DNA of 64,000 nucleotides, from positions 26,536,001 to 26,600,000 of the forward strand of contig JAGIQG010000025.1 of assembly GCA_024679065.1 (NCBI GenBank). Reading direction: 5' to 3'. Position numbers and translations under genes: made by a program. The DNA is from Sphyrna mokarran (Eukaryota). How positions within the stretch are numbered: the first letter of the stretch is position 1; each line of letters starts with the position of its first letter. Under the pieces are notes generated by a model. The model did not search any database and was not told the origin of the DNA. It worked only from the letters and a program-made list of their open reading frames with translations. Positions 1 through 13,348 of this stretch are shown here, one piece after another.

Positions 1-19
1 TGAGCTGCACTCAATAAAT

Positions 20-335
20 AGGAGTGCAAAATAAGATATCTTCATATAGGTGTTCTGGGTTTGAGTGTAGAGCCAGGGAGATGGCATCAACAATTGGCCT
101 GTTGCAGCAGTGGTGAACTGTAGTGGACCCAGGCAACCTGGGAGGCTAGAATTGGTTTATACCATAACTAACTTTTTGAAGCACTTCATAATGATGGATG
201 TTAGACCCAATGAACGATAGTCATGGCATTTTAGTACCAGGATGCTGGTCATCTTCTTGAATCAGATAGAGAGGTTGAACGTGTCTGTGAGTACCCTCAC
301 TAGCTGGTCTGCATAGGATCTGAGTGCTCATCTGG
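20..335 (-). mobile_element. Rex1/Babar-like LINE RT fragment, degenerate
   Basis: Minus strand gives DYRSLGLTSIIMKCFKKLVM and ALRSYADQLVRVLTDTFNLS, resembling Rex1 DYRPVALTSIIMKCFERLV. Confidence 0.65.
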
Positions 336-940
336 ATGAATATTTAGTGAATATTTTTGCTCCTACTTGTTAGCTGGCAATCGCTTCCCAGTTTGAAGTA
401 TGGACATGTGAAAGAATATAATAAGGGTTGAGGTGGTTGGGGATTTTTTTCATTTGATTCCACCTATTGTTTCTGAAAATTGGTATCCTTGAATTGAGTA
501 TGTGTGGACATTAAGTAACTACAGAATCAGGCTTTGCTCTTCTGTTCTTACAGTTCAATGGCCCATTATCCTTCATTGCCCTGTTTTACAAAATAAGTGA
601 TGGTTGTTCTGGCAATGAAGCAGAGGCTGGCCTTGCCCACCATAGAATCGCATTTGAGGTCAAAATTAAGTGCTTCAATGAGGACAGAGTGACATGAATT
701 GGCAAGGAAATAAAACATTAAAATGTGCTGAAAGAAAATCCAAGGAGTTCAAAAGATAGATCAGAGATGAAGCAAGGTAAAAAAAAAACTGAGTCAAGAA
801 TTGTGACCATCAAACAATGCAGGTGGAATCTGGAAATTCAAGACACCCAGTACTTGAATTTACTTTGAGGACATTATTCCTTTCGCTCCGTTGTTCTGAC
901 AGAGTGGAGATGTGACTAGAACCAGAGAATCCAACTTACA

Positions 941-1300
941 GGGAGGCAGTGCTGTAGTGGTATTGTCACTGGACTAGTCAACCAGAGACCCAAGTTATTG
1001 CTCTGGGGATTCAGGTTCAAATCCTGCAATGGCAGATAGTGAAATTTGAATTCAACAAAAATGTTGTGTTAAAATCTAATGATGACCATGAATCGATTTA
1101 TTTTAAATCTATCTGGTTCACTAATGCCTTTCAGGGAAAGAAATCTGCTGTCCTTACCCAGTCTGGCCTACATGTAACTCCAGAGCCACCCCAATGTAAT
1201 TGACTCTCAAATGTTGTCTGAAATGGAAGGTAGTTAAAAATGGGCAATAAATGTTGGCCCAGCCAGCAATGCTCACACCTCATCAAATTAATTTTTAAAA
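941..1300 (+). mobile_element. tRNA-headed SINE family B, full length
   Basis: A/B-box-like head (gtagtggtatt..., ggttcaaatcc), body ATCTGGTTCACTAATGCCTTTCAGGGAAAGAAATCTGC, tail GGGCAATAAATG. Multiple copies in the window. Confidence 0.8.
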
Positions 1301-1896
1301 AGATTAGCAATAGAATCAAAGGCAGCATAACAAAAGATTTTTTTTAATGCTTAAAATCTGGAACACTCTCCCTGCTAAAGGCATATTAAATCATAGCTTT
1401 AAAGATTGAATTGGATGACCAGCTGAAGATAGATATTTGCAGGGCTGCAGATAAGACAGTGGGGAATTAGGATCAGCTGAGTTGCTCTTTCAGAGAGCTG
1501 GCATGGACATAGTGGGCCAAATGGCCTCCATCTGTGCTGTAACCATTCTAAACAAGTGGTTTCTGAAAGAAAGGAAATTTGGTCAGGATTTGAGGTATGT
1601 TCCTCTCCATTACACTTCAATTCAGTGATAATTCTGGCTTTACTTTCCACTTGGTCATGATTTCCAAAATGTTTTGTGCTCTGGGTCTGCTCATTTCCAA
1701 GTGCCTCCAATTCTATGCCCACAATAATTTTTCCATTAATTTTCTGTCTCTTAGCCCTCACCCACTGTGTTGTATTCTTGAGGGGTTCCTGGTATTAGCT
1801 ACTTGGGCATTCATGTCCCTCTTTGTTGATTGGCCAATGCCAGCTATGGCTGTTGAGGGGAGGGTATTGGGTCAGTACCTTGGTTTGAAGCCAAGC

Positions 1897-2020
1897 GGCT
1901 GGAACTCCTGACCTCACCTGCAGCCAGGATTCTCCATTCCTGCTGCAGTGAACAGAGATTTTGCTGAACGCCAAATTCTCCATCTTTTGGCAGCAGAAGT
2001 GGGGTCAGAGAATTCCTGCC
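1897..2020. mobile_element. Short MITE, Harbinger-like
   Basis: Imperfect TIRs ggctggaactcc / gagaattcctgcc. Homologous to 49234-49340 and 59911-60041. Confidence 0.55.
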
Positions 2021-2129
2021 AAGACCATTAGAAGATGACAAATCTGCCAACGGAATCTCAAAACTAAGTTGAAACCTGAGCCACAAACCAGACAGACCAG
2101 AAATGTTCCACACCTGATAATTTTTTTTA

Positions 2130-2450
2130 AAAAATCATTCAAGGGACATTGCTGTCGCTGGATGGGCCAGTATGGATTAACCATCCCTAATTGCCCTAAA
2201 ACTGAGCGGCTTGCTAGGCCATTTCAAAGGGCAGTTAAGAGTCAACCACATTACTGCGCATCTGGAGTCATATGTAGGTTAAACCAGGTAATGATGATAG
2301 ATTTCCTGGTTTTATGGTCATTTTTAGACTTTTTGCTTCCAGATTTTTTTACCTCTTGTGGTGGGATTCAAATCCAGGTACCCAGAGCATGACCCTGGTT
2401 CTCTGGATTAATAGTCCAGTGACAATACCAGTACATCACCATCCCCCCAG
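2130..2450 (-). mobile_element. SINE family B
   Basis: Reverse-complement similarity to 941-1300. Confidence 0.75.
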
Positions 2451-2979
2451 CCAGTCTGTCTCTCAACGGAATCTGAAACTCAGTGATCTGAAATTTGAGG
2501 CTGAAATTATTCCCACTTAGCTTCAGATCGCAGTTCAAACCATTATCCTAATGGGTAGGGTCATCTTAACTGGTAAGTACTAGTTAACTATGCAGTTAGT
2601 GTACAGTGTACAAGAAACAATACATGTGACAATAATAAATCAAATCAAATCAATTTTGACTGGATAAACTCTAGCGGTACTCCTGTGCACACTTGGCCTT
2701 GGCTTTGTCAACCTCACCCCAGATCTCTGCACTTTGTAGGATTTTTTTTTAATGAGGACAGATTATACAATGTGGATCAGGCAGTTAGGAGTTCCAGAAC
2801 ATGGATTTTTCAATAGCTTCTTCTTCTAGGACCTTCAAAGTGAGAAGGAAGCTTGCCACCAACTTCAGCTCATAGCAAGCACCCGTATATTGAGTCTGTT
2901 AACACAAGGAAGCTGTTGCGTTGCAGCTACCACGTAGAATCTCTACAGTGCGGAAGGAAGCTACATGGCCCATTCAGCA

Positions 2980-3330
2980 TTTTTTATTCATTCATGGGAC
3001 ATGGGTGTCACTGGCTGGCCAGCATTTATTGTCCATCCCTAGTTGCTCTTGCAGGGGAGTTGGGGTTCAATGATAGTGCTGTGGCTCTGGAGTCATATAT
3101 AGGCCATGCCGGGTAAGTTCGACAGATTCCATTTCCTAAAAGACATTGGATGGGTTTTTCTGACAACTGACAATGGTTTCATGGTCATCAGTAGATTGTT
3201 AATTCCAGATATTTTTTATTGAATTCAAGTTCCACCATTTGCCGTGGCGGGACTTGAACCCCGTTCCCCAGAACTTCAGTTGAATTTCTTGGATTAATAG
3301 TTTAATGATAATACCACTAGGCCATCGCTG
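2980..3330 (-). mobile_element. SINE family B
   Basis: Reverse-complement similarity to 941-1300, including tail and tRNA-like head. Confidence 0.8.
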
Positions 3331-4139
3331 ATTCTGAACCACGCTGACATGGTTCTGGCCGACTCAGGAAAAGGACCATAGGTGTATTGAAAGGACTTGA
3401 TGGTTGAGAATTGAACTTTTTGGCCATATCATGAAAGCATTTCAATAGCTTAGTTTGAAGCCTATTAAATATCAGGGTGAGTTTCTGTCCACATCAGTCA
3501 TCCCACAGACCACAACAAAAACATTGGCCGACTCGTGCTTTTCTCCTGCTCTGCAAGGCTGAAAAGTTGTGTGAAAGAACAAGATGCCAGGACTCCCTGA
3601 TTTCATTAAATAAAAGGTTTCTATCGCATCCCGACCCATTCAAACAGATATGAATCTAATGATATGGGTATTCCCCATAGTATACCTTTATGTCAATATT
3701 TATTACAAGTTTCCACAAAGAAAGGATGCTCTGCTTTTCTTAATTACTGGTTTGGATATTGTGATCTTTACGTTTTTATGAGTCTAGTGTGTCTCTTTAT
3801 TCTAATGCAAATAAGAACAACTCAGTGTTCATCTGTCAATATCTGTGAGAAGCAACAGCATTAGGGACTTATACTGAAAACATGATAAACTCAATGAGTT
3901 AGAAATAAAATACTGTGCAAGTGATGAAAAATTCATGGTTCCCATAGTGAAGATCCTTTACCTTTGGAAAAAAAAAGTCTATGCTTGGAATTTTCATTTT
4001 TGTCTTGTTTACACTGAAGTCCAACCTTGAGATCACTAATATTATTATCCACATTTGGATTCTTCATTTAACTGTAGTCCCAAAGTCAGGAGGCACGGTG
4101 CTATGGATCATCAGGAAGATAGGCAGGAGGGAAAAGTGA

Positions 4140-4335
4140 CACAATACCGACTGCCAATGTAACCAGCTATCATACTCATTCCCACACTAACAGCACCATG
4201 GGTGAATCTAGACCACATTCACTGCAGTGGCTCAAGAAGGTAACTCACTGCCACATTCTCAAGGACCACGAGGGGTGGGCAATAAATTCTAGCCAGAGCT
4301 GTGTTGCCCACGTCCCATGAACAATTTTACAAAAA
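4140..4335 (+). mobile_element. 3' end of the LINE that shares its tail with SINE family B
   Basis: ...CTCAAGAAGG...GGGCAATAAATTCTAGCCAG...CCCATGAAC. The same tail occurs at 30860-31030 and, reversed, at 39342-39430. Confidence 0.6.
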
Positions 4336-5079
4336 GCAACATTTACATAGCACTGACTGTGTTACTGAAAAAAATAAAGAAGAAGGAAAATTACAGCACA
4401 GGAACAGGCCCTTTGACGCTCTAAACTGTAACAACCATACTGCCCATCTCGCCTAAAACCTCTTACCCTTCCAGGGACCATATCCCTCCACTCCCATCCT
4501 ATTCATGTATTTGTCAAGGCACCGCTTAAAAGTCACAATTGTATCTACTTCCACTGCCTCCCCCAGCAGCGAGTTTAGACACTTTATTTGACTACATGTG
4601 GCCTTTATTTCTACTCTTCTTAAGCATTATAATTTAATGGAGTGGTGCTGATATTCTTCAGGTTTTATTAACAGGATAAAAGTTCCAATTAGTGAGATGA
4701 ATGTACTCTTTGACATTTTTAGAAACTTCACTATTGCCCAGGTGTTACCCTGCTTATTTTCAATATTATGTGTTCATACTTATTATAATGTGACAATACT
4801 TTGTCTGCCTTTAAGAAATATATTTGTGTCATGTTTCTGTGCAGGATTTTCTTTAACAGTCTCATCTAACACTAATACGCTTGGTCTATAACCTGCAGCC
4901 TTTGTTGTTACTGCAGCAGCATAATTGCTCCTAATTGCTAGAATGTTTGTTCTAATTTGAGATAATGCTGTTCTGTTATGCTAGTGTTTTCTCCTGGGGT
5001 TTTTAGGAGTAGGGCTTGATTAGAAGGTTTGACCTGGTCTGTGTTTTGTCAAAGTGTTGTCAGGTTCCTTTTTTGTTCA

Positions 5080-6230
5080 AAACCCTATCCTTGGCATTTC
5101 CCCACCGCAGAAGAGTTCTGTGCCACAATTTATAATAACTATGATGCAGTGTGTTTCTATCATCAACAGAGAGTTTAGCTGGAAAATTGGACAGAGCTTA
5201 CAAGCAGATGTGGGGGATCTTGATGCAGGATTACCTGGTTGCTGGTTCAGGCAGAACACAAACTGCTTGTTCGTTGAAATCATTGTAGCATGTCGCCTGT
5301 GCTTAAGTCCACTATTGAGAGAATGCATGGTTGAACACCAACATTCTGCCATATAGGAAAGCATCACAGCTGTTGCCAGGATTCTGGCAGTGACTTGCTG
5401 GATACATTGCATTTGGTTACACATCATCTGAATAGTTTTGCAAATGAATCCCTTTTGGCTGTGGTCAATCTCAGAACTGGCACATAACATCTGCAGTGAT
5501 CTGTGTGCGCAGTCAATGATATGCTGCACCATGAGCAAGTCTATAATCCTCACAAAGCTGTGTACTCACTCAGCTTGACAAGGGAGAATCAAATGAATCC
5601 ATCTCTCTTAGCATGAGTGTCCTCCTTTTTGCCAGTGAACTGAGATACCACAGATATTACCTTCCCCAAACTGGATAGAGCCCAATGCATAAAAAGTCTC
5701 ATCACCTTCACAGCTACAGGTGGGAGGTAGTGACGTAATGTCACTGGCTTAGTAACCCGGAGAACCCAGATAATATTCGGGAACCGACTTTGAATCCCAC
5801 CACAGCAGATAGTGCAATTTGAACTTAATAAAAAAATATCTGAAATTAAGAATCTACCGATTACCATGAAATCATTGTCGATTGTTGTAAAAACTCATCT
5901 TATTTCCTACCTGGCCTGGTCTACATGTAACGCCAGATCCACAATAGTGCAGTTGAATCTCAAATGCCCTTTGAAATAGAGGGCAATTATGGACCAGCAA
6001 TAAATGCTGTCCAGCCAGCGATACCCACATCCTGTAAATGAATTTTTAAAAATGCCTTCCTCACTTTGCTCCAAGCAGCGGGTAGCAGATTTCAATGGAA
6101 TTTCCTTTGTGAAGCATTTTCCCTCACTGATGTTCAGGCAGAAGATCAGCTCCCTGAATAGTGTGGGCAGATATAGCCTCCTGCTGATGGCCCCTCTTTC
6201 CCCTTTCCTCTCCTCCACATTACAGCAGCT
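5080..6230 (-). mobile_element. Degenerate PIF/Harbinger transposase, split by a SINE at about 5720-6050
   Basis: Across frameshifts the minus strand gives LNISEGKCFTKE, PVAVKV, FYALGSIQFGEGNICGIS, VQHIIDCAH, KGF..TIQMMCN and PGNSCDAF. These follow the order of HARBI1-type DDE motifs (IDCTH, RKG, PGS.HD). Confidence 0.75.
5720..6050 (+). mobile_element. SINE family B inserted in the Harbinger fossil
   Basis: Head gggaggtagtgacgtaatg...ttgaatcccacc; tail gcaataaatgctgtccagccagcgatacccacatcc. Confidence 0.8.
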
Positions 6231-6399
6231 TATCCTGCCTTGTGTTACCTTTACTCATTCTCTTGTCAATGCTATTGTCCAAGGGAATTTGCAAACTACT
6301 GTACCCATGATTAGTGCCACTCGTTTAGACTTCACCCAGCAAATTAAACCTATTAAGGGACTTGTGGACCTGAAAAACTAAAAGACGTTAGTATTATTA

Positions 6400-7980
6400 A
6401 AAATTTAGGACTTGAAATTTTAACTGGATTGAAGGTTGGTGAATCCCTTCTACCAGGTGAGCTTAATCTCTGAGCTATCTTTCAAAACTCTGTAGATTTT
6501 AGAAAGGTTGCTGCAGACTAGAAAATAGTAAATGTAACCCCATTATTCAAAAAGGGAGGTAGAGTGAGAATCACTAACTACCTGTTAGTCTGACATGAAT
6601 AGGAAGGAAAATGTTGAAATCTATTATAAAACACGTGATAACTGGATATTTAGAAGAATGGTAAAATTGGGCAGAATCAATATGGATTAATAAAAGAGAA
6701 ATCATGATCATCAAGCTTGTTGGAGATTTTTGAGTTGCTTGTGGCATTGATAAAGGAGTGGATGTGATGTATTTGGATTTTCAGGAAATTTTTGATAAGG
6801 TCTCACATAGGGTCCATAGTTATTCATCATCTATATAAATGACTTTGACGTGGGGACTAATTGTAATATTTGCAAATTTGCTGATGACACCAAATGAGTG
6901 GGAATATGTGGGGAGGATGCAAGGAAGCTTCAAGAAGACTTAGGCAGGATAAGTGTGCAGTTAAGAAAATGGCAGATAAAATGTAATGTGAATACTTGCT
7001 AAGTTATTCACTTTTACAGGATAAACAGAAAGACATTTATTTGATAAATGGTGAGATATTAGGAAGTGTTCCTGTCCAAAGCAACCTAAGTGTCCTTGTT
7101 CATGAGTCACTAAAGGTTAGCACGTGAATGCAGGAAGCAATCAGGAAGGTAAATGTTATGTTAGCCTTTATCACAAGGGGATTTGAGTGCAGGAGTAAAA
7201 ATGTCTTACAGCAATTGTAGAGCCTCGGTGAGATATCACCTGGAGTATTGTGTGTAGTTTTAATCCCCTTATCTAAGAAGGGATATTCTTGCTATTGAGA
7301 GAGTGCAAAGGAGGTTGACCTGATTACTCCATGCATTGTCGTAAGAGGAGAGATTCAGGAAACTGTACCTGTATCCTTCAGATTTTCAAAAAATGAGAGG
7401 TGATCTCATTGAAACTTGCAAGCTTTTTACAGGGCATGACAGGGTTGATGTAGATAAGAGGACAAACCTTCCTGTCCTGCCTGCCGTAACGGGCGGGGGT
7501 GGATCATGCAAAGACCTGTTGACCTTGGGTGGGGTTTTCCAGTTTTGGAGCAAGCATGGCTGGAAAATCCAGCCTGAGATGTTTTCCCTGGCTGGTGAGT
7601 CTAAATGATGTGGAGATGCCGGCATTGGACTGGAGTAAACACAGTAAGAAGTCTCACAACATCAGGTTAAAGTCTAAAGAATTTACTATCAAATAAACGG
7701 TGAGTCTAAAACCAGCCGACATAACCTGAGGATAAAGGGAAGGCCATTTAAAACTGAGATGAGGAGAAATGGCTTCATTGAGAAGTTGGTGAACCTATGG
7801 AATCCTCCATTCCCGGCTTAGGTCACTATGTGTGGAGCATCAATCATTTAGAATGTGTAAGACAGAAATCAATATATTTTTAGACTCAGATGGCATATGG
7901 AGGTAGTGGGAGAAAGTGGTATTGTGACAAATGATCAGGCACAATCTGTTTGGCAGAGCAGGCTATTCATATTCTATGTT
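6400..7980 (+). mobile_element. Old CR1-type LINE ORF2 remnant with two nested insertions
   Basis: Motifs NVTPLFKKG, YLDFQ, KFADDT, HLEYCV and RGDLIET with many stops and frameshifts. Confidence 0.85.
7606..7698. mobile_element. Penelope-derived mini-element with 12-bp TSD
   Basis: GGTGAGTCTAAA duplicated at 7594-7605 and 7699-7710. Insert is homologous to 48950-49107 and 21627-21730. Confidence 0.7.
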
Positions 7981-8472
7981 CCCTATTCTGGAGCCCATCA
8001 AACATTCCCCCAATTGCAGCAAACATCAGTGGAGATTGATCAACAACTAACCTGCAAATAGTTGATGATCCCTTTAAATGATTGGTAAAGGGATCAAAGA
8101 TTAAGGGCAAAAGGTGGGAGAAGGTGGCTGAGAAATATACTGGAAATGATTGAATGATGGTGCAGACCTGATGGGCCGAAAGACCAAATCCTTCTCCTAT
8201 ATGTTATGATCTAAATATTGCAGTCCTTCTTATTGTTGAATATATGCATGAGAGATTAAGAGAGGGTGTTGGCTGGAGCAAAGAGTTCGAATCTGACATT
8301 GCTGGTATCTAATCACTATTTGATACCAGCTGACCTAATAATTTGCCTGTCTGCCATTCTCCAAGTGACATTCACCAAGACATGTGGACAGCACTTAGAG
8401 GGAGTGAGGTGAGTGAGTACACGTGATGTACACTACCTCGGAGGCAGAATAACATAGTTCACATAAAAATTG

Positions 8473-8598
8473 GGGTGAAGATTTCCCAGCCCACCTGCCG
8501 CTGGAATCTTCGTGGGCAGGACAGACCTATACGAAGCTCAGTTGACCTTGGGCGGGATTTTCTGGTCTTGGGGTGAGCACATCCAGAAAATTTCACCC
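8473..8598. mobile_element. Short MITE, Harbinger-like
   Basis: TIR gggtgaagattt / aaatttcaccc. Interior similar to the insert at 7458-7574. Confidence 0.6.
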
Positions 8599-9128
8599 TG
8601 GATGTTACAGGACTAAACTCTGCAGGTAGGGAACTTGAATACCAATGTCATAGAAGGAAAGTTATCCATAATTTCTCCACTTGTATATGCAGAAATAGAT
8701 TATGTGGCTACTATTCAGTCTTTCCTACAATGCAATAAGGTGAAATATATCCTTGATGTGTCCATCCCATTGTGATTTGCAATGCAGCATTTTGCAGGGG
8801 TAGTGCTAATGAACATTTGGCAGGCAAATCATCAAAAGATGAACACAATAGCAGGAAAGAGAAATGTCATCCAGAATGGTATTACCATCGAGAGGCCCAT
8901 TGCATGGAATAAAAAAAAAAATCCACTTAATAAGGCACAGGCTAATTGAGAACAAGACAGCAAAAGTCTGTAATAGACAATTCATGTCTGAAAATTTAAA
9001 GGGGTTCTTGTGCGGAAATTAAACTGTATTGATAAAGGAATTTCAAGGATATTATGAGCATTGATTTTCAAAAAGCACTTGCTGAGGTGCTACAAAGGAA
9101 GATTGCTAATGAAATTAAGATATTAATT

Positions 9129-9430
9129 GGAGCAGTAAGGTGGCGCAGTGGTTAGCACTGCTGCCTCACAGCGCCAGGGACCTGGGTTCAATTCCCAGCT
9201 TAGGTCACTATGTGTGGAGTCTGCACTTCTGCATGTCATTGCAATTTTCCTCTGAGTTCTCCAGTTTCCTCCCACAGTCCGAAAGGTATGCTGGTTAGGT
9301 GCATTGGCCATGCTAAATTCTCCCTCAGTGTACCCGAACAGGCACCAGAGTGTGGCAACTTGGGGATTTTTCACAGTAACTTCATTGCAGTGTTAATGTA
9401 AACCTGTGACATGAATAAGTAAACTTAAAT
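9129..9430 (+). mobile_element. V-SINE (HE1-like), tail type 2
   Basis: tRNA head GGTGGCGCAGTGGTTAGCACTGCTGCCTCACAGCGCCAGGGACCTGGGTTCAATTCC, V core TTTCCTCCCACAGTCC...CATGCTAAATT, tail CACAGTAACTTCATTGCAGTGTTAATGTAA. Confidence 0.9.
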
Positions 9431-9601
9431 TTTAACATGAGAAAGATTGGGCTAGGTAGAGATGAGGGTTGTGGGATTTGTGATCAGAGTAGCAATAATC
9501 ACGGGGCTGAGTGATTGCGGGATTTCAGAATTGTCCAGAGTGAGACGGGTATGAGAGTTAGCAATTATAAAGTCATAGAGCTCTTTGCCTGCTGCACAGT
9601 C

Positions 9602-10366
9602 TGTTTTAACCCTTATATGGTGGACAAATAACTACGAGTAGATGTCTTAATAGTACAACCAATATTTATTTAAACCCACACAATCAATAATCACTCACCT
9701 AACCAACAATGAGTTATCTTACAGGAAAATACTAAATTTCAAGTCCACTACAAGACCTTGACTTAACTTTGTGTGACTGGCAAGCACCCAAGCAGATATT
9801 GGCCTTTATCTGTGCGCTGGTCTCAGTAGTCACCTGTGTAGTTTGGTCCTTCGGTCTGGTCTGACACTCTGACTCTTGTCTTCCTTCCTTCTTGGGTGTG
9901 GTGGCTCTCCTCGTGCTGGTCGTCGCTGGTGATGATCATCATTGTTGTAGCTCATTCATGGGGTCAGAGAGCGATTCTTGGTTGTGCAGCACCCTTTATA
10001 CCCTGTTTGTGTTCATGCCCCTTTTGGCCATTGCCAATCAGTTGATCAGGACTTGATCCCATTGATCAATAAGAGACCGACCAGGTGCTACTACACCGAT
10101 CTCTGGGTGTGGCCCCAATGGCCATGTCTGTAGGTGCTGGAGGCATGTAGGTCACATAACCCTCTCCTAAATAAGGGGTCACGGTGCCCTTATGTCTGGT
10201 ACACAACCCAGTGTGTCCCATTCATCCTGGAGATGACCCATATCCTGTTTATTCACTCGTTAGTTTATTCACTCCGTCTTTAAACTGCAGCCTGTCATTT
10301 TAGTTCTTGTCCAATGGTCCTAGAGTGCTTTAAAAATCACCATTTTAGATGGCCCGTTTGGCCACA
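9602..10366 (-). mobile_element. Possible solo LTR
   Basis: TG...CA-bounded block of about 765 bp with a reverse-strand poly(A)-signal-like tract, interrupting a CR1-tail-like sequence. No clean TSD. Confidence 0.35.
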
Positions 10367-11724
10367 AGCTTTGCAGAACAGCAAGATGCCCTTCGGCATA
10401 TCATGTCTGTGCCATCCTTCAGGCACCTATCTATTCTAATCCCACTTTGCAGTTCTTGGAAGAAGTAGTGGGTTCAAATCCTGGGGAAGTGCCCTGTCAA
10501 TGGAGTGGGAAATGGGTTCAGTTAAGGGCTGGGGGAGCCATCCTGCTGGCCCACAAGCAATGCTGGAAAAACATTTACTTCCATCATGAGCAGTCCTTAT
10601 TTCACTCTCTAGCTATCAGGTGCTCAAAGACTAGAAGACCTGGCCATCCCCCATTACAGCTGGAAAAGAGATGGAATCTGAAGCACCCAGATGAATTAAA
10701 ATATATTTTTAAAAAATTAATTCGGTTAACTGTCCCCTGTGAGCAGGTTTGTTACCTGAACCCCACCTTGCTTGTGTTTAGGCTGAAAATGGTGGGATTG
10801 GAGCCAGGCTGGATTTGAGGTTGAGATTTTTAAAATATTAGTATCCCATCTCAACCCATTGGGTGTTAAAATTACCCACGGTAATTTTGTTTCTCTCTCT
10901 CCCTCTCTGCGGCTGCTTAACCTGCTGAGTGTTTCTGGCATTTTGTTTGTTTTAGTTTTCTTTCATCAACAGTATTTTGATTTTGTTTCAGTGGGTTGTG
11001 GAAATAGAATTTGATGCAGAAAAATGTGAAATGATACATATAAGGGAACAACTGCACTAAATTGTCAAACCTCTAAAGGAGTAGAGAACTGGCTAGATTT
11101 AGGGACTTGGATAGATGCAACCTTTTAAAAAGTGAAGATCAGGTTAAATTTAAACAAAGCCTATGAGATGCTGGAGCACTACAGCACAGATAGAGGCCAT
11201 TTGGCCCAATTATTCTTCTGTGAACTCATTTGGAATTCAACCTGGTTAGACTCCGAGATTGGAATAGAGTCAGAATTATGAAGAATTTAGTAAGGCATCC
11301 AGGTAAAAAAAAAAAATTCCTCATGGTTAGTGAGCCTAATTCGAAGGTAAAAATGTCAGTTCATTCCAAAACAATGAAGAGAGAGATGAACAGGATTGTT
11401 ACTAATGCAGAGAAATGTTGGAATGTAGAATACTCCATCGGAATCTGTGATACAAGCAGGACCCAGGAAAGATTTGAAGGTGAATCAACATTTGAGAAAG
11501 GAAAACTGAAGAGACTATAAGGTGAGAGCAGAGCAGAAGAGATGAGATAGCATGAGAGGCTTTTTTCAGAGTGGTGCCACTGCAACGCTAGACAAAATGG
11601 TTGCCCCACGTGTTAAAGCCCTCTGGATGCAATGTTATGCTTGTGCAGTAGTATGGAATGAGTTACAGTGGATCAGCCACTCTAAATGCATGTTATCCAA
11701 TGGTATAACAAGATGCTCTTTGTT

Positions 11725-12010
11725 ATTCAATGCTGGACATGAGCATCATTGGCTAGGCCACATTTATTACCCATCCCTAGTTGCCCTTGAGAAGGTGGTG
11801 ATGAGCTGCCTTCTTGAATTGCTGCAGTTCATGATCTGTGGATTGACTCTCAATGCCATTGGGGAGGGAATTCCAGGATTTTGGCCCAGCAACTGCAAAG
11901 GAACGGCGATATATTCCCAAGTCAGGATGGTGAGTGGCTTGGAACTCTTAGTATTCGCATGCACCTGTTGATTTTATCCTTCTAGATGAAAATGGTTTGG
12001 AACAATGCGT
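11725..12010 (-). mobile_element. LINE 3' fragment (family sharing the SINE-B tail)
   Basis: Colinear with 39342-39430 joined to 40318-40550. Confidence 0.7.
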
Positions 12011-12954
12011 TTGGGTAATGGAAAGATGAATCTGTCACCAATTTTATGGAAGTCAAAATTGTCCACTTTGATTGTAGCATTTGGAAATTAACTCAGAATG
12101 GAAGAAGACATTGACCAACTGGTATTACTCTCGATGTTTGGTACTTTTCTGATGCTGTATAAATACCAGTTGTGGTAATATTATTCTGAAGTAAATACCA
12201 GACATTTATTTAATATTGTGATTGTGAGTCCAAAATCTCGTTATGAAGAATTAAATCAAATCAACAGATGCTAATGTTCCAGTTAGCTTCAGAAATGTGT
12301 GATCGTTCTGCAGACAATAGTGAACACCAACAGAAACTGAATTCTAAATGCATGCTTCCTTTATTTAATAATTGCAATGATGACTCTATTTCTTTGTGTG
12401 AATTTTTTTTATTCATGCGGGGGGTTGGGGTTAGCATTGGGTGAAGAGAGAGAAGAACGTGAAAGATACCGTTTCAGATAGAATAGAGCTTCAGTCTCAA
12501 TTGCTGTCTTTATATAACACACGCCTACTAACAAAGAGAAGCGATTGCACAACCTAATTGCGTAATTGTCCTAAACATTCCCAACCGAGTCGAAGATTAA
12601 TTTATTGTGCAGCTGTTGATGTAGATCCTGCAATGCACGCAAAGCTCAAGCTGTGAAGCACAAGTACACTGCTCTTAATTACTCTCGCCACCTAAGAAAT
12701 GAAATGCTGGCTCCTTATTCTGCACGCCGGTTACATTTCACACATACTGGCTGTCACCTCGACAGAATTACCATTTGCATATGTCAGCCCCTGCTAATAA
12801 ATCACAGATAAATGGATGAGTAAGGGTCCAAAAATGCAAGAATATAACATTGTGCATTTTGCTATCTATCACCAGAGGAGAATTTTGAGTTTGGACAACG
12901 CTTCAAGAATGTCAGTTCAGTTTGGCAGTCAGCTTAGCATCATAGATTCCCTAC

Positions 12955-13246
12955 AGCGGTGGCACAGTGGCTGGCACTGCTGCCTCACAGTGTCAGAGAC
13001 CGAGGTTTGATTCCTAGCTTGGATCACTGTGCGGAGTCTGCATGTTCCCCCAGTGTCTGCATGGGTTTCCACTGGGCGCTCTGGTTTCCTTTCACAATTG
13101 AAAGACTTGCTGGTCAGGTACATTGGCCATGCTAAATTCTGCCTCGGTATACCTGAACAGGCGCTGTGGTTTGGCAACTAGGAGATTCTCAAAGTAGCTT
13201 CACTGCAGCATTAATGTAAGCCTACTTGTGACACTAATAAATAAAA
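12955..13246 (+). mobile_element. V-SINE, tail type 2
   Basis: Head, V core and tail ending GCCTACTTGTGACACTAATAAATAAAAA. Confidence 0.9.
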
Positions 13247-13348
13247 ATGCAACAGTATCATGTTCTACACTGCACCTGAAGAATGATTTTTAGTTTGATT
13301 AGTTAGTTTAAAAACATAAATTCAGCTTGGTAGTCATTAAAGGTGCTG

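Noticed and set aside
9129-9200. tRNA genes at SINE heads (many loci)
   Set aside because: They run directly into the V core and are SINE promoters, not cloverleaf tRNA genes.
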